Assembly: GCA_963809345.1 (NCBI GenBank) | Contig: CAWEJF010000005.1 | Location: 12,118 to 76,117, forward strand | Source: Candidatus Aminicenantes bacterium | Lineage (GTDB): Bacteria > Acidobacteriota > Aminicenantia > Aminicenantales > Saccharicenantaceae | Direction of reading: 5' to 3' | Length of the DNA: 64,000 nt | Part shown: positions 42,067-51,751 of the stretch, in pieces | How the letters are laid out: each line of letters starts with the position of its first letter | Numbering within the stretch: position 1 is the first letter of the stretch | Translations under genes and position numbers: made by a program | The notes under the pieces: model-generated | What the model was told of the DNA's origin: nothing | What the model saw: the letters and a program-made list of their open reading frames with translations, nothing else | Database searches by the model: none

Positions 42067-43311
42067 TTATTCGTAGCGCAGGGCGACGATGGGGTCCATA
42101 TGGGCGGCCTTTTGGGCCGGAAAGATCCCGAAGAAGAGGCCGATCGAGGCCGAGACCGAAAGCCCCAGCACGACCGACCAGAGGGAGACTGTCGCCGGCA
42201 GAGGGGTCGCCGTCTTGACGATGAAGGCGATGCCGAAGCCGACCAGGACGCCGATGATCCCGCCGACCCCTGTCAGGAAGATCGCCTCGATGAGGAACTG
42301 CTTCAGGATGTCGCCCGCGCGGGCGCCGATGGCCTTGCGAATGCCGATCTCGCGGGTCCGCTCCTTGACCGAGACAAGCATGATGTTCATGACCCCGATG
42401 CCGCCGACGAGGAGGCCGATCGAGGAGATGACGATCATGACCAGGTAGGCGGCGCCCGTCAGCTGGTTGTAGAGGTCGACCATCGTGTCCTGGGTCATGA
42501 TGGAAAAGTCGTTGGGCTTGTTGGCGGGGACCTTGCGCCGCTGACGGAGGACGTTGGTGATCTCCTCGATGGTCTCGCCGAGCGTGTCCTGCCGGCGGGG
42601 CGCGGTGATGATCTCCATGCGGTCCTTCTCGTAGCGGAAGTACTTCATCAGCGTCGTGATGGGCATGCCGACGAAGTTGTCCCGGCTCTGGCCGAACATC
42701 TGGCCCCGCTTGTTCAAGACACCGACGACGGTGAAGGCCTCGGGGCCGACGCGGATCTCCTTGCCGACCGGGTTCGTCGTCGGGAAGAGGAGGTCGGCGG
42801 TCTCCGAGCCGAGGACGCAGACCCGGGCGCTGCGGGCCACCTCGGACTCGGTGATGAACCGTCCGAGGCGCGGCAGGTAGAGGGACATGACGAGGGGCCA
42901 CTTGTCGTTCATCCCGATGACCATGGCCGTATCGCTCTTGGCGTTCCGGTACTTGACCTCGACCGGATCGAAGGGGCTGACGTAGATGTCGACGGCGACG
43001 GCCCTGACGAGGGGCGCGCCCTTTTCGATGGCCTGGACGTCCTCGAAGGTCAGGTCCTTGCGCGTCCGCTGTTCATCGTTCATCCGCCCCATCTGGACGG
43101 CGTCGTTCTTGGTGATGATGATGATGTCGGAGCCGGCCGACTGGAGCTCGGACAGGAAGCTCTTGTTGAGCCCCTGGATGATCGAGACCATCCCGATGAC
43201 GGTCATGACCCCGATGACGATGCCGAGGATGGTCAGGAACGACCGCAGCTTGTGGGACCGCAGGGAATCGAGGGCCATGCGGAAGACTTCGCGGAAGATC
43301 TGGAGCCTCAT
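42067..43311 (-). CDS. MacB/FtsX-type ABC transporter permease
   Basis: 414 aa. N-terminal TM, large periplasmic domain, C-terminal FtsX 3-TM bundle (REIGIRKAIGA motif). Confidence 0.85.
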   Translation of the reverse strand: MRLQIFREVFRMALDSLRSHKLRSFLTILGIVIGVMTVIGMVSIIQGLNKSFLSELQSAGSDIIIITKNDAVQMGRMNDEQRTRKDLTFEDVQAIEKGAPLVRAVAVDIYVSPFDPVEVKYRNAKSDTAMVIGMNDKWPLVMSLYLPRLGRFITESEVARSARVCVLGSETADLLFPTTNPVGKEIRVGPEAFTVVGVLNKRGQMFGQSRDNFVGMPITTLMKYFRYEKDRMEIITAPRRQDTLGETIEEITNVLRQRRKVPANKPNDFSIMTQDTMVDLYNQLTGAAYLVMIVISSIGLLVGGIGVMNIMLVSVKERTREIGIRKAIGARAGDILKQFLIEAIFLTGVGGIIGVLVGFGIAFIVKTATPLPATVSLWSVVLGLSVSASIGLFFGIFPAQKAAHMDPIVALRYE

Positions 43312-44543
43312 TGTTCCGCCCTCAGGGCCTCGACAGGGTCGAGCTTGGCCGCCCGGTTGGCCGGGTAGATGCCGAAGAACAGTCCGATCGACCAGGACAT
43401 GACCATGGCCAGCAGGATCGAAACGGGCTCGACGCTCGAGGGCATGGACGTCGCCGCGGAGGCGATCCGGGCGACGATGAATCCGAGGACGATGCCGATG
43501 AATCCCCCCAGGCCGGAGATGAGCGCGGATTCGATGAGGAACTGATAGAGGATGTCCCGGCGCCGGGCGCCCACGGCCATGCGGATGCCGATCTCCTTCT
43601 TCCGCTCGGACACGGAGACGAACATGATGTTCATGATGACGATGCCGCCGACGACGAGGGCGATCGAGGAGACGGCGAGCATGGCGAAGTAGATGCCCGA
43701 CGTGGCCGTCTTATAGAATTGGATGAAGGTCTCCGACGTCGCAAATGAGAAGTCGTCGGGGTCGTTGTAGCCGCGTTTCCGCCACGACCGGAGCACGGTC
43801 CGGACCTCTTCCTGGGCCCGGGCCATCTCCTCCTGTGAATTCGTGTGGATGTTGACGCTGATGGAGCGCCGCGACCCGTAGACCTTCATAAAGGTCGTGA
43901 TGGGGATGCGGACGTAGTTGTCCTGGCTGAAGCCCAGGATCTTGCCCTTCTTCTTGCCCACGCCGATAACCTGGAAGTTCCGGCTGCCGACCTTGAGCCA
44001 GCGGCCGAGCGGGTCGAGCGAACCGAAGACCTTCTCGGCGACGTCGGCCCCGATGACGCCGACGAAGCGGGAGTTCGTCTCGTCCTGGCTCTGGAGGTGC
44101 CGGCCGCTGGTCAACTCGATGACGGAGCCGATCTCGTGGTCGAGGTAGGTCTCGCCGAGGACCTCAGTCTCCTTGAGCGACTGGCTGCCGTATTTGACGG
44201 TCGCACTGGAGGAGGTGGAGGCGCCGACGAGCTCGCATGAGGGGCAATGGGCCCGAATGATGTCGCGCTCGTCGAGGGTGATGTCCTTCCGCTTCATCTG
44301 TTCGCGGAATTCCTTTATGGACGTCCCGATCATGGAGAACTTCTGGACGGAGAAGTCATTGGCCCCGTAAAACGACATCTTCGTGTAGACGTAGTTGTTG
44401 AGGCCCTGGATGACCGAGACCACGGCGATGATGGTCAGGACGCCGATGATGATGCCGAGCAGGGTGAGGAAGGTGCGGAGCTTGTTGCTCCGCAGGGAGA
44501 CGAGGGCCATCGTGACCGATTCTTTGACTTGCAGCTTGGCCAT
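43308..44543 (-). CDS. MacB/FtsX-type ABC transporter permease (paralogue of the downstream gene)
   Basis: 411 aa. Same architecture (KEIGIRMAVGA motif). 4-bp overlap with the next gene. Confidence 0.85.
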   Translation of the reverse strand: MAKLQVKESVTMALVSLRSNKLRTFLTLLGIIIGVLTIIAVVSVIQGLNNYVYTKMSFYGANDFSVQKFSMIGTSIKEFREQMKRKDITLDERDIIRAHCPSCELVGASTSSSATVKYGSQSLKETEVLGETYLDHEIGSVIELTSGRHLQSQDETNSRFVGVIGADVAEKVFGSLDPLGRWLKVGSRNFQVIGVGKKKGKILGFSQDNYVRIPITTFMKVYGSRRSISVNIHTNSQEEMARAQEEVRTVLRSWRKRGYNDPDDFSFATSETFIQFYKTATSGIYFAMLAVSSIALVVGGIVIMNIMFVSVSERKKEIGIRMAVGARRRDILYQFLIESALISGLGGFIGIVLGFIVARIASAATSMPSSVEPVSILLAMVMSWSIGLFFGIYPANRAAKLDPVEALRAEQ

Positions 44544-44709
44544 GGATGTACCTTGTGTATTCTACCCTATCTATACGAAACTCCGAAAGGATGGTTCAGC
44601 ATGACGCCTCACCAAGTCCTCCCGATACCCATGACGGCCCCGGAGGGTCGGCAGGGATCACCTCCGTTCGCTGCGGTGATTTGAAACCCGTTATCAAGAG
44701 AGATGCGGC

Positions 44710-44738
44710 TTGACAGTTGGCGGAGTGAGCCCCATAAT
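44710..44738 (+). promoter_or_regulatory. candidate sigma70-type promoter of rluB
   Basis: TTGACA (44710-44715), 17-bp spacer, CATAAT (44733-44738), 14 bp before ATG 44753. Confidence 0.45.
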
Positions 44739-44752
44739 GGGAAGACCTTCCT

Positions 44753-45541
44753 ATGTTAATGAGACTCAATAAGTTCCTGGCGCACGCCGGGGTATGCTCG
44801 CGGCGGGAGGCCGACGGCTGGATCGAGGAGGGGCGGGTCAGCGTCAACGGCCGGGTCGTCCAAGAGCTCGGCGAGAAGGTCGACCCGGCGCGCGACCGGG
44901 TGATCGCCGACGGGAAGCCGGTCCGGGGTGAAGAGGAGAAACAAATCCATATCCTCCTCAACAAGCCGGCCGGCCGCGTCGTCAGCGTCAAGGATCCGTT
45001 CGGGCGGCCGACGGTGATGGATCTCCTCAAGAACCTGTCCGCCCGGGTCTATCCCGTCGGGCGGCTGGATCTTGACACCGAGGGGGCGCTGCTCCTCACC
45101 AACGACGGCGACCTGGCCCTCCGCTTGACGCACCCGCGCTTCGGCGCCGTCAAGGTCTACGAGGCCCGGGTCGAGGGCGAGCCGAGGGAAGGGGACCTCG
45201 ACAAGGTCCGGCAGGGCATCTTTCTCGAAGGCCGCAAGACGGCCCCTGCCCGGGTCACGGTCCTCCGTCACGGCCACCGGCACACCACTCTCAAGGTGGA
45301 GATCCACGAAGGCCGGAAACGGGAGATCCGGAAGCTGTTCGAAGCGGTGGGCTATCCGGTCGCCGGCCTTGTGCGCGTCGATTTCGCCGGTCTGACCCTC
45401 GAGGGCCTCAGGCCCGGTCAGTGGCGCTACCTGCGGACCGCGGAAGTGCGGCGGCTGAAAAAACTCGTCGGGCTCGAAGAGCCCCCGACCGTTACTTCGA
45501 CCCGTCGGGCAAGCCCTCGCCCTTCTCGACAGGGGCGGTAA
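44753..45541 (+). CDS. rluB: RsuA/RluB-family 23S/16S rRNA pseudouridine synthase
   Basis: 262 aa. S4 domain (MRLNKFLAHAGVCSRREAD..GRVSVNG). Catalytic Asp motif VGRLDLDTEGALLLTNDG. Basic C-terminal tail. Confidence 0.85.
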   Translation: MLMRLNKFLAHAGVCSRREADGWIEEGRVSVNGRVVQELGEKVDPARDRVIADGKPVRGEEEKQIHILLNKPAGRVVSVKDPFGRPTVMDLLKNLSARVYPVGRLDLDTEGALLLTNDGDLALRLTHPRFGAVKVYEARVEGEPREGDLDKVRQGIFLEGRKTAPARVTVLRHGHRHTTLKVEIHEGRKREIRKLFEAVGYPVAGLVRVDFAGLTLEGLRPGQWRYLRTAEVRRLKKLVGLEEPPTVTSTRRASPRPSRQGR

Positions 45542-47933
45542 AGGCCTTCAGGCCCACGGCGAGCCTCTGGAGCTCCCGGTCGACCAGGCCGTGGACGGTG
45601 CCGTCCGGATAAACGCCTTCGGCGTCGGCGGCGCCGGCCTCGACGCCCGTCAGGATCTCGATCCCTTCATCGATCGTCTTGACCGGGTAGACATGGAACT
45701 TCCCGTCCTTGACCGCGGTGACGACCTCGGCCCGGAGCATGAGGTTCTGGACGTTCTGATGGGGCATGATGACCCCCTGGGTCCCCGTCATACCCTTGGC
45801 TTTGCAAACGTCGAAAAAGCCTTCGATCTTCTCGTTGACCCCGCCTATCGGCTGGATCTCGCCCCTCTGATTGAGCGAGCCCGTGACAGCCAGGTCCTGG
45901 CGGAGGGGGAGTCCTGAAAGGCTCGACAGGAGGGCGTAGACCTCGGTCGACGAGGCGCTGTCCCCGTCGACGCCGCCGTAGGACTGCTCGAAGGCGAGCG
46001 AAGCGCTCAACGACATCGGCCTCTTGGTGGCGTATTTTCCCCGCAGGTATCCGCCGAGGATGAGAACGCCCTTGTTGTGCGTCGGGCCGCTCAGGTCGGC
46101 CTCGCGCTCGATGTTGATGACCCCGGCCCGGCCCATGGCCGTCCGGGCGGTGATGCGGGCCGGCTTGCCGAACATGAACTGGCCCATGTCGTAGACCGAC
46201 AGGCCGTTGACCTGGCCGACGACCGCGCCCTCGGTGTCGATAAGGATCGTCCCCTCCTCGATCATCTCCTGGATCTTGTTCTCGATGAGGCTGACCCGCG
46301 CGAACCTCTCGTCGACGGCCTTGTCGATATCCTCACGCCCGACCGCCGTCTTCTTGTCCCGGCGGGCCCAATAGCTCGCCTCGCGGATGACGTCGGCGAT
46401 GATGTGGAACCGCGTCGATAGCTTCTTCTGGCGTCCGGCGATGCGCGTCGAATACTCGATGAGGGCGCCGATGCCCTCCTTGTTGAGCGGCAGGAGGCCG
46501 TCGTCGTCGCAGATCTTCTTGATGAACCGGGCGTAATCGCCGAACGCCTTCTCGCCCTTATCCATCTCCGAATCGAACTCGGCCTTGATCTTGAAGATCT
46601 TCTTGAAGTCCTCGTCCTGAAAATAGAGGAGGTTGAAGATATAGGAATCGCCGATCATGACGACCTTGACGTCGGCCTTGATGGGCTCGGGCTTGAGGCG
46701 GGCGGTCGTGAACAGGTACATCTGGAGGAAGTTCTGGATCTCGAAGATCTGGTTGCGCAGGGTCCGTTTGAGGACCGGCCAAACGCCCTGCTCGACGAGG
46801 GCGTCCAAGGCGTTGATGACGAGGTAGCCGCCGTTGGCCTTGAGGAACGAACCGGCCTTGATCATGGTGAAGTCGGTCTGGCTCATCCCGACCCGCGACA
46901 TGGTCGACTCGACCGAGCCGAAGAGGTTGACGTAATTCGGGTTGGTCTCCATGACCACGGGAGCGCCGCGCTGGTCCGAGTTGTCCACGAGGAGGTTGAC
47001 CCGGTACTCGAGGAAGTCCTCCACCGGCTCCTTCTCCTCCTTCTTATGGTTCTTGAAGGCGTCGAGGTTCTTGACGAGGGCCTTTTCGACCTCGTCGAGG
47101 TAGGCGCCGATCTTGGGATAGCTGAACTTCGCCCGTAATTCGTCGATGGCGCCCCGGATGACGGGCGCGATCGATTCCTCGTCCCAGCCCCGGAGCAGGG
47201 TCCGCGTCTCCTCGTCGATCTCCTTGAGACGCTCGAAGACCGCCTCGAGCTTGGTCGTCAGCTCCTCGTACTTTGTCCGGAGGGAATCCAGGGTCTCCTT
47301 GGGGATCTTCTTCTCCTTGACCAGGCCCTCGATCTTGGCGAAGGGGATGGGCTGCCCCTCGAGGACGGGAATGAGGTCGGGGCGGCTGAACAGGCCCATC
47401 TGGACTTGGATGACGGAAAAGCCCTGCTCGGCCACCTCCTCTTCGAAGCCCTGGAGGAGCTCCCGCTGGATTTTCTGCTGGGTTTCGACGAGGGCGTCGC
47501 GCTTTTCAGTGTAGTAGGGGCTCTTCAGGAGCTGGGGGATGTTCGTCTTCAGCATATCGATGAGCTTCGTCATCGCCGCTGCGAACTCCTTGCCCTTGCC
47601 GGCCGGCAGCATGATGAGGACGGGCTCGTCAGGATATTTGAAATTGTTGACGTAAAGGATGTCGTCGGGCGTCTTGTCGGCCTTCTCGAGCTGGTCGAGC
47701 AGCTGCTTGATCGTCGTCGTCCGGCCGGTGCCGACCATGCCGGTGATGAAGATGTTGTAGCCGAGGCTCTTGATGTCGAGCCCCGTCTGGATGGCCCGCA
47801 GGGCCCTTTCCTGGCCGATGATCCCTTGGCACGGCCTGGCCTCCGAACTCGATTCAACGGGGACGAGGTCCGGGCAGCACGTCCAGCGCAGCGCATCCGG
47901 GGCAAGCTCGGGGAATCCGCTCTTCGTTCTCAT
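45492..47933 (-). CDS. Lon-like ATP-dependent protease (LonB/COG1067 type: AAA+ domain plus S16 protease domain)
   Basis: 813 aa. Walker A FITGMVGTGRTT. C-terminal S16 domain with VDGDSASSTEVYALLS (catalytic Ser) and IQPIGGVNEKIEGFF (Lys). Confidence 0.8.
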   Translation of the reverse strand: MRTKSGFPELAPDALRWTCCPDLVPVESSSEARPCQGIIGQERALRAIQTGLDIKSLGYNIFITGMVGTGRTTTIKQLLDQLEKADKTPDDILYVNNFKYPDEPVLIMLPAGKGKEFAAAMTKLIDMLKTNIPQLLKSPYYTEKRDALVETQQKIQRELLQGFEEEVAEQGFSVIQVQMGLFSRPDLIPVLEGQPIPFAKIEGLVKEKKIPKETLDSLRTKYEELTTKLEAVFERLKEIDEETRTLLRGWDEESIAPVIRGAIDELRAKFSYPKIGAYLDEVEKALVKNLDAFKNHKKEEKEPVEDFLEYRVNLLVDNSDQRGAPVVMETNPNYVNLFGSVESTMSRVGMSQTDFTMIKAGSFLKANGGYLVINALDALVEQGVWPVLKRTLRNQIFEIQNFLQMYLFTTARLKPEPIKADVKVVMIGDSYIFNLLYFQDEDFKKIFKIKAEFDSEMDKGEKAFGDYARFIKKICDDDGLLPLNKEGIGALIEYSTRIAGRQKKLSTRFHIIADVIREASYWARRDKKTAVGREDIDKAVDERFARVSLIENKIQEMIEEGTILIDTEGAVVGQVNGLSVYDMGQFMFGKPARITARTAMGRAGVINIEREADLSGPTHNKGVLILGGYLRGKYATKRPMSLSASLAFEQSYGGVDGDSASSTEVYALLSSLSGLPLRQDLAVTGSLNQRGEIQPIGGVNEKIEGFFDVCKAKGMTGTQGVIMPHQNVQNLMLRAEVVTAVKDGKFHVYPVKTIDEGIEILTGVEAGAADAEGVYPDGTVHGLVDRELQRLAVGLKAFTAPVEKGEGLPDGSK

Positions 47934-48030
47934 GCCTCAACTCCTTGGCCCCAAACTACCATAATCCCCCCGCTTCCTCAAGGCGGCCGGCCGGCCGGGC
48001 CCGGTTCTTGATGAATTGCGCCCCGACATC

Positions 48031-48039
48031 TGCTAGAAT
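48031..48039 (+). promoter_or_regulatory. candidate extended -10 promoter upstream of ribH
   Basis: TGC-TAGAAT (48031-48039). There is no good -35 at 17 bp (TTGATG lies 20 bp upstream). Confidence 0.3.
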
Positions 48040-48100
48040 AAGGCCCCATGGGCATTCCGATCTCCGAAAAGCCGATCTCCGACAAGGGGGCATGACAATC

Positions 48101-48571
48101 ATGAAGATCCATCAAGGCAAGCTCCAGGCCAAGGGGTTCCGCATCGCGATCGTGGTCAGCCGCTTCAACAGCTTCATCTCCGAGCGACTGCTCGAGGGGG
48201 CCTTGGAGGCCCTCCAGAAGATGGGGGCCCAGGAGGCCGACCTGACGGTCTACAAAGTGCCGGGCTCGTTCGAGGTCCCCATCATCGCCAAGAAGGTGGC
48301 CAAGTCCAAATCGGCCGACGGCATTCTTTGTGTCGGCGCCCTCATCCGCGGTGACACTCCCCACTTTGACTATCTCAGCGCTGAGGTGACCAAGGGCTTG
48401 GCCCAGATCGCCATGGATGACGGCATCCCCGTCGCCTTCGGCATCCTGACCGTCGACACGGTCGAGCAGGGCATCGAGCGGGCCGGGACCAAGGCCGGGA
48501 ACAAGGGCTATGACGCCGCTTTCTCGCTCGTCGAGACCCTGAACATGATCAAGGAGGCGGGCCTCCGCTGA
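48101..48571 (+). CDS. ribH: 6,7-dimethyl-8-ribityllumazine synthase
   Basis: ORF track 47945..48571. Start at ATG 48101, 10 nt after AAGGGGG. FRIAIVVSRFNSFISERLLEGA, VPGSFEVP and GDTPHFDY motifs. Confidence 0.9.
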   Translation: MKIHQGKLQAKGFRIAIVVSRFNSFISERLLEGALEALQKMGAQEADLTVYKVPGSFEVPIIAKKVAKSKSADGILCVGALIRGDTPHFDYLSAEVTKGLAQIAMDDGIPVAFGILTVDTVEQGIERAGTKAGNKGYDAAFSLVETLNMIKEAGLR

Positions 48572-48590
48572 GCGGACGACGGCTCGAGCC

Positions 48591-49043
48591 ATGGGACAAC
48601 GCCGCAAGGCGCGGGAGTGCGCCCTTCAGATCCTGTTCCAGCTCGAGTTCAATGCCGCCGACCCCAAGGACCTCGTTAGGGTCTATTGGGAGCACCAGAA
48701 AGCGTCGAGCGACGTCCGCGCGTACGGGACCTGGATCGTCGAGACGATCCTGGCGCACGGTCCGGAGATCGACCGGGCCATCCAGGCGGCCTCGAAGAAC
48801 TGGCGCCTGGCCCGGATGGCGGTGGTCGACCGGAACATCCTGAGGATCGCCGTCTGCGAGCTCCTCTACGAGCCGGCCCTCGTCCCGGCCATCGTGATGG
48901 ACGAGGCGATCGAGATCGCCAAGCGCTACAGCGGCGAGGAGTCGGCCGTGTTCGTCAACGGCGTCCTCGACGCGGTCGTCCGGGGCCTCAAGGGGACGCC
49001 GGCGAAAGCCGTCGGGACGGCCAAAGAAGGTGAGCATGAGTAA
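48591..49043 (+). CDS. nusB: transcription antitermination factor NusB
   Basis: 150 aa. RRKARECALQILFQLEF and RMAVVDRNILRIAVCELLY are typical of NusB. It follows ribH, as in many bacteria. Confidence 0.9.
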   Translation: MGQRRKARECALQILFQLEFNAADPKDLVRVYWEHQKASSDVRAYGTWIVETILAHGPEIDRAIQAASKNWRLARMAVVDRNILRIAVCELLYEPALVPAIVMDEAIEIAKRYSGEESAVFVNGVLDAVVRGLKGTPAKAVGTAKEGEHE

Positions 49044-50526
49044 AAAAGACGAGCCCGCCGAGCTCGACCAGGACGTCGTCCGGCGGGAGAAATACCGCAA
49101 GCTCGGCGAGGCGGGCGTCCCGCTCTTCCCTTATACGGCGTCCCGGACGCACGAGGTCGCCGAGGTCGTCGAGGCCTTCGCCGGTCTGACCGCGGCGGAG
49201 ATCGAGGAGAAGAAAGCGGCCGTCGTCGTCCCCGGCCGGATCATGTCCCTTCGCCGGATGGGCAAAGCGACCTTCTTTCACATCACCGACGGGCGGAAGC
49301 AGGTCCAGGCCTATGTCCGCGAGGACAAGGTCGGCGCCGAGGCCTATGAGCGGTTCGGCCTCTTCGACCTCGGCGACGTCGTCTCGGTCGCCGGCAGGCT
49401 CTTCAAGACGCGCACGGGCGAGCTGACCGTCCTCTGCGATGCCGTGACCTTCCTGGCCAAGTGTTTCCACCCTCTGCCCGAGAAGTGGCACGGCCTTCAG
49501 GACGTCGAACTCCGCTACCGCCAGCGCTACCTCGATCTCATCATGAACCCGGAGGTCGGAGACATCTTCCGCCTGCGCGGCGCCATCATCGCCCACATCC
49601 GGCGCTTCTTCGACGCCCGCGGCTACCTCGAGGTCGAGACGCCGATGATGCACCCCGTCCCCGGCGGCGCCCTGGCCCGGCCGTTCAAGACGTTCCACAA
49701 CGCCCTCGGGATCGACCTCTATCTCCGCATCGCCCCGGAGCTCTATCTCAAGCGCCTCGTCGTCGGCGGCCTGCCCCGCGTTTACGAGATCAACCGGAGC
49801 TTCCGCAACGAGGGCATCGACGCCCAGCACAATCCCGAGTTCACCATGCTCGAGTTCTACGAGGCCTACAAGGACTATTTCGACATGATGGACATGACCG
49901 AGGAGCTTCTGACGGGGCTGGCCACGGGCCTCCTCGGCAAGGACGAGGTCCCGTACGGCGAGCACACGATCTCTTTCAAGCGGCCTTACAAGCGCCTCAA
50001 GTTCCGCGAGGCTTGCATCCACTACAGCGGCCTGGCCCCCAGCCGCTTCGACGATCCCAAGGGCCTGATCGAGTTCGCGGCCGGCTTGGCTCCGGACAAG
50101 AAGCCGCAGACCTACGGCAAGGCCCTCGACATCGTCTTCGACCGGTTCGTCAAGGACCACATCGTCCAACCGACCTTCATCACCAACCCGCCTCGGGAGA
50201 TCTCGCCTTTGGCCAAGACCTCTCGCGAGAACCCCGAGGAGGCCGAGCGCTTCGAGCTCCTCATCGCCGGGATGGAGGTCGCCAATGCCTTCTCGGAGCT
50301 GACCGACCCGGCCGAGCAGGGGGCCCGCTTCGAGGAGCAGGCCCAGGAGAGGCGCCGGGGTGATGAGGAGTCCCACGTCGTCGACATGGACTACGTCGAG
50401 GCCCTCGAGTACGGCCTGCCACCGACGGGCGGGGAGGGCATCGGCATCGACCGGCTGACCATGATCCTCGCCAATCAGAAGACGATCCGGGAGGTCGTCC
50501 TCTTCCCCCTGCTGAGGCCGAAATAG
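49036..50526 (+). CDS. lysS: lysine--tRNA ligase, class II
   Basis: ORF track 49030..50526. ATG 49036 is preferred. OB-fold N-domain. Class II motifs: FLEVETPMMH, FRNEGID..HNPEFTMLEFY, GLPPTGGEGIGIDRL. Confidence 0.9.
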   Translation: MSKKDEPAELDQDVVRREKYRKLGEAGVPLFPYTASRTHEVAEVVEAFAGLTAAEIEEKKAAVVVPGRIMSLRRMGKATFFHITDGRKQVQAYVREDKVGAEAYERFGLFDLGDVVSVAGRLFKTRTGELTVLCDAVTFLAKCFHPLPEKWHGLQDVELRYRQRYLDLIMNPEVGDIFRLRGAIIAHIRRFFDARGYLEVETPMMHPVPGGALARPFKTFHNALGIDLYLRIAPELYLKRLVVGGLPRVYEINRSFRNEGIDAQHNPEFTMLEFYEAYKDYFDMMDMTEELLTGLATGLLGKDEVPYGEHTISFKRPYKRLKFREACIHYSGLAPSRFDDPKGLIEFAAGLAPDKKPQTYGKALDIVFDRFVKDHIVQPTFITNPPREISPLAKTSRENPEEAERFELLIAGMEVANAFSELTDPAEQGARFEEQAQERRRGDEESHVVDMDYVEALEYGLPPTGGEGIGIDRLTMILANQKTIREVVLFPLLRPK

Positions 50527-50530
50527 TCCC

Positions 50531-51751
50531 ATGAGCTTCGAGCTGTTCGTCGCCCGGCGCTACCTCACGGCGAGGAGAAAACAGGCTTTCATCTCTGTCA
50601 TCACCATGATCTCCGTCGCGGGCATCGCCATCGGCGTGGCCGCCCTGGTCATCGCCATCGCCCTCATCACCGGTTTCCAGGGCGACGTCCAGGACAAGAT
50701 CCTTGGGGCGACCTCCCATGTCATGGTCTCGGACCTCGGCGGCCGGGGCCTGGAGGACTACGAGGCCATGGCCGAGAAGGTCCGGGCCATCCCGGGCGTC
50801 GAATCCGTCTCGCCGGTCGTCTATAGCACCGTCCTCATCACCGGGATCGGGGAGAGCTCCGGGGCGCTCGTCAAGGGCATCGATTTCGACCGGGAGAAAA
50901 CGGATTCGGCCTGGCTCCAGAAGCTCGAGTCCGGCGCGATCCCCGCGACGGGGAAGGCCCGCGAAGGCCTCCTCCTCGGCCGGGAGCTGGCCCTGCGCAT
51001 CGGCGCCCAGGTCGGCGATGTCGTCGACATCGTCACGGCCTCTTCGACGCTGTCCCCGATGGGGCTCCTGCCCAAGAGGAAGCGCTTCGAAGTCGCCGGG
51101 ATCTTCAATACCGGGCTCTACGAATTCGACAGCACGACGGCCCTCGTCGCCATCGGCGTCGCCCAGAGGCTCTTCGGCCTCGAGGGGCGGGCGAGCTACA
51201 TCCAGGTCAAGCTCGAGGACATCTTCGCCGCGCCCGCGATCGGCGAGGCCATCAAGGCGGCCCTGCCACCCGTCGTCTACATCACGACCTGGATGGAGCT
51301 CAACAAGTCGCTCTTCTCCGCCCTGAAGCTCGAGAAGAACATCATGTTCCTGACCATCACCCTGATCGTCATCGTCGCCGCCCTGAACATCATCGCGACG
51401 CTCATCCTCATGGTCATGGAGAAGACGCGCGACATCGGCATCCTCATGGCCATCGGCGCGACCCCCCAGATGATCAACCGGATCTTCTTCTTCCAAGGCG
51501 CCCTTATCGGCGTCATCGGGACGGCCCTGGGTGTCATCCTCGGCCTCGGCTGGTGCGCCCTGGCCAACGCCTTCGAGCTCATCAAGATCCCCGTCGACAT
51601 CTACCAGATCTCCTACGTCCCGTTCCGGATGAGGCCGCTCGACCTCGCCGTCATCGTCGGCGTCACCCTCCTCATCAGCTTCGTCTCGACGCTCTTCCCG
51701 GCCCGCCGCGCGGCCAAGATCGACCCCGTCGTGGCGTTGAAATATGAGTGA
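50531..51751 (+). CDS. LolC/LolE-type lipoprotein-releasing ABC permease
   Basis: 406 aa. MSFELFVARRYLTARRKQAFISVITMISVAGIAIGVAAL is the LolC/E N-terminal signature. FtsX C-terminal bundle. Confidence 0.8.
   Translation: MSFELFVARRYLTARRKQAFISVITMISVAGIAIGVAALVIAIALITGFQGDVQDKILGATSHVMVSDLGGRGLEDYEAMAEKVRAIPGVESVSPVVYSTVLITGIGESSGALVKGIDFDREKTDSAWLQKLESGAIPATGKAREGLLLGRELALRIGAQVGDVVDIVTASSTLSPMGLLPKRKRFEVAGIFNTGLYEFDSTTALVAIGVAQRLFGLEGRASYIQVKLEDIFAAPAIGEAIKAALPPVVYITTWMELNKSLFSALKLEKNIMFLTITLIVIVAALNIIATLILMVMEKTRDIGILMAIGATPQMINRIFFFQGALIGVIGTALGVILGLGWCALANAFELIKIPVDIYQISYVPFRMRPLDLAVIVGVTLLISFVSTLFPARRAAKIDPVVALKYE

Noticed and set aside
45492-45541. 50-bp convergent overlap between the 3' ends of rluB and the Lon-like protease gene
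   Set aside because: The rluB tail beyond the catalytic domain is a basic, low-complexity extension. Convergent overlaps of this size are common in compact GC-rich genomes and need no special explanation.
47934-48100. Expected FMN riboswitch upstream of ribH
   Set aside because: I could not find the conserved FMN-element core helices or sequence in this 167-bp leader. It is reported as absent by eye only; an Rfam scan would be decisive.
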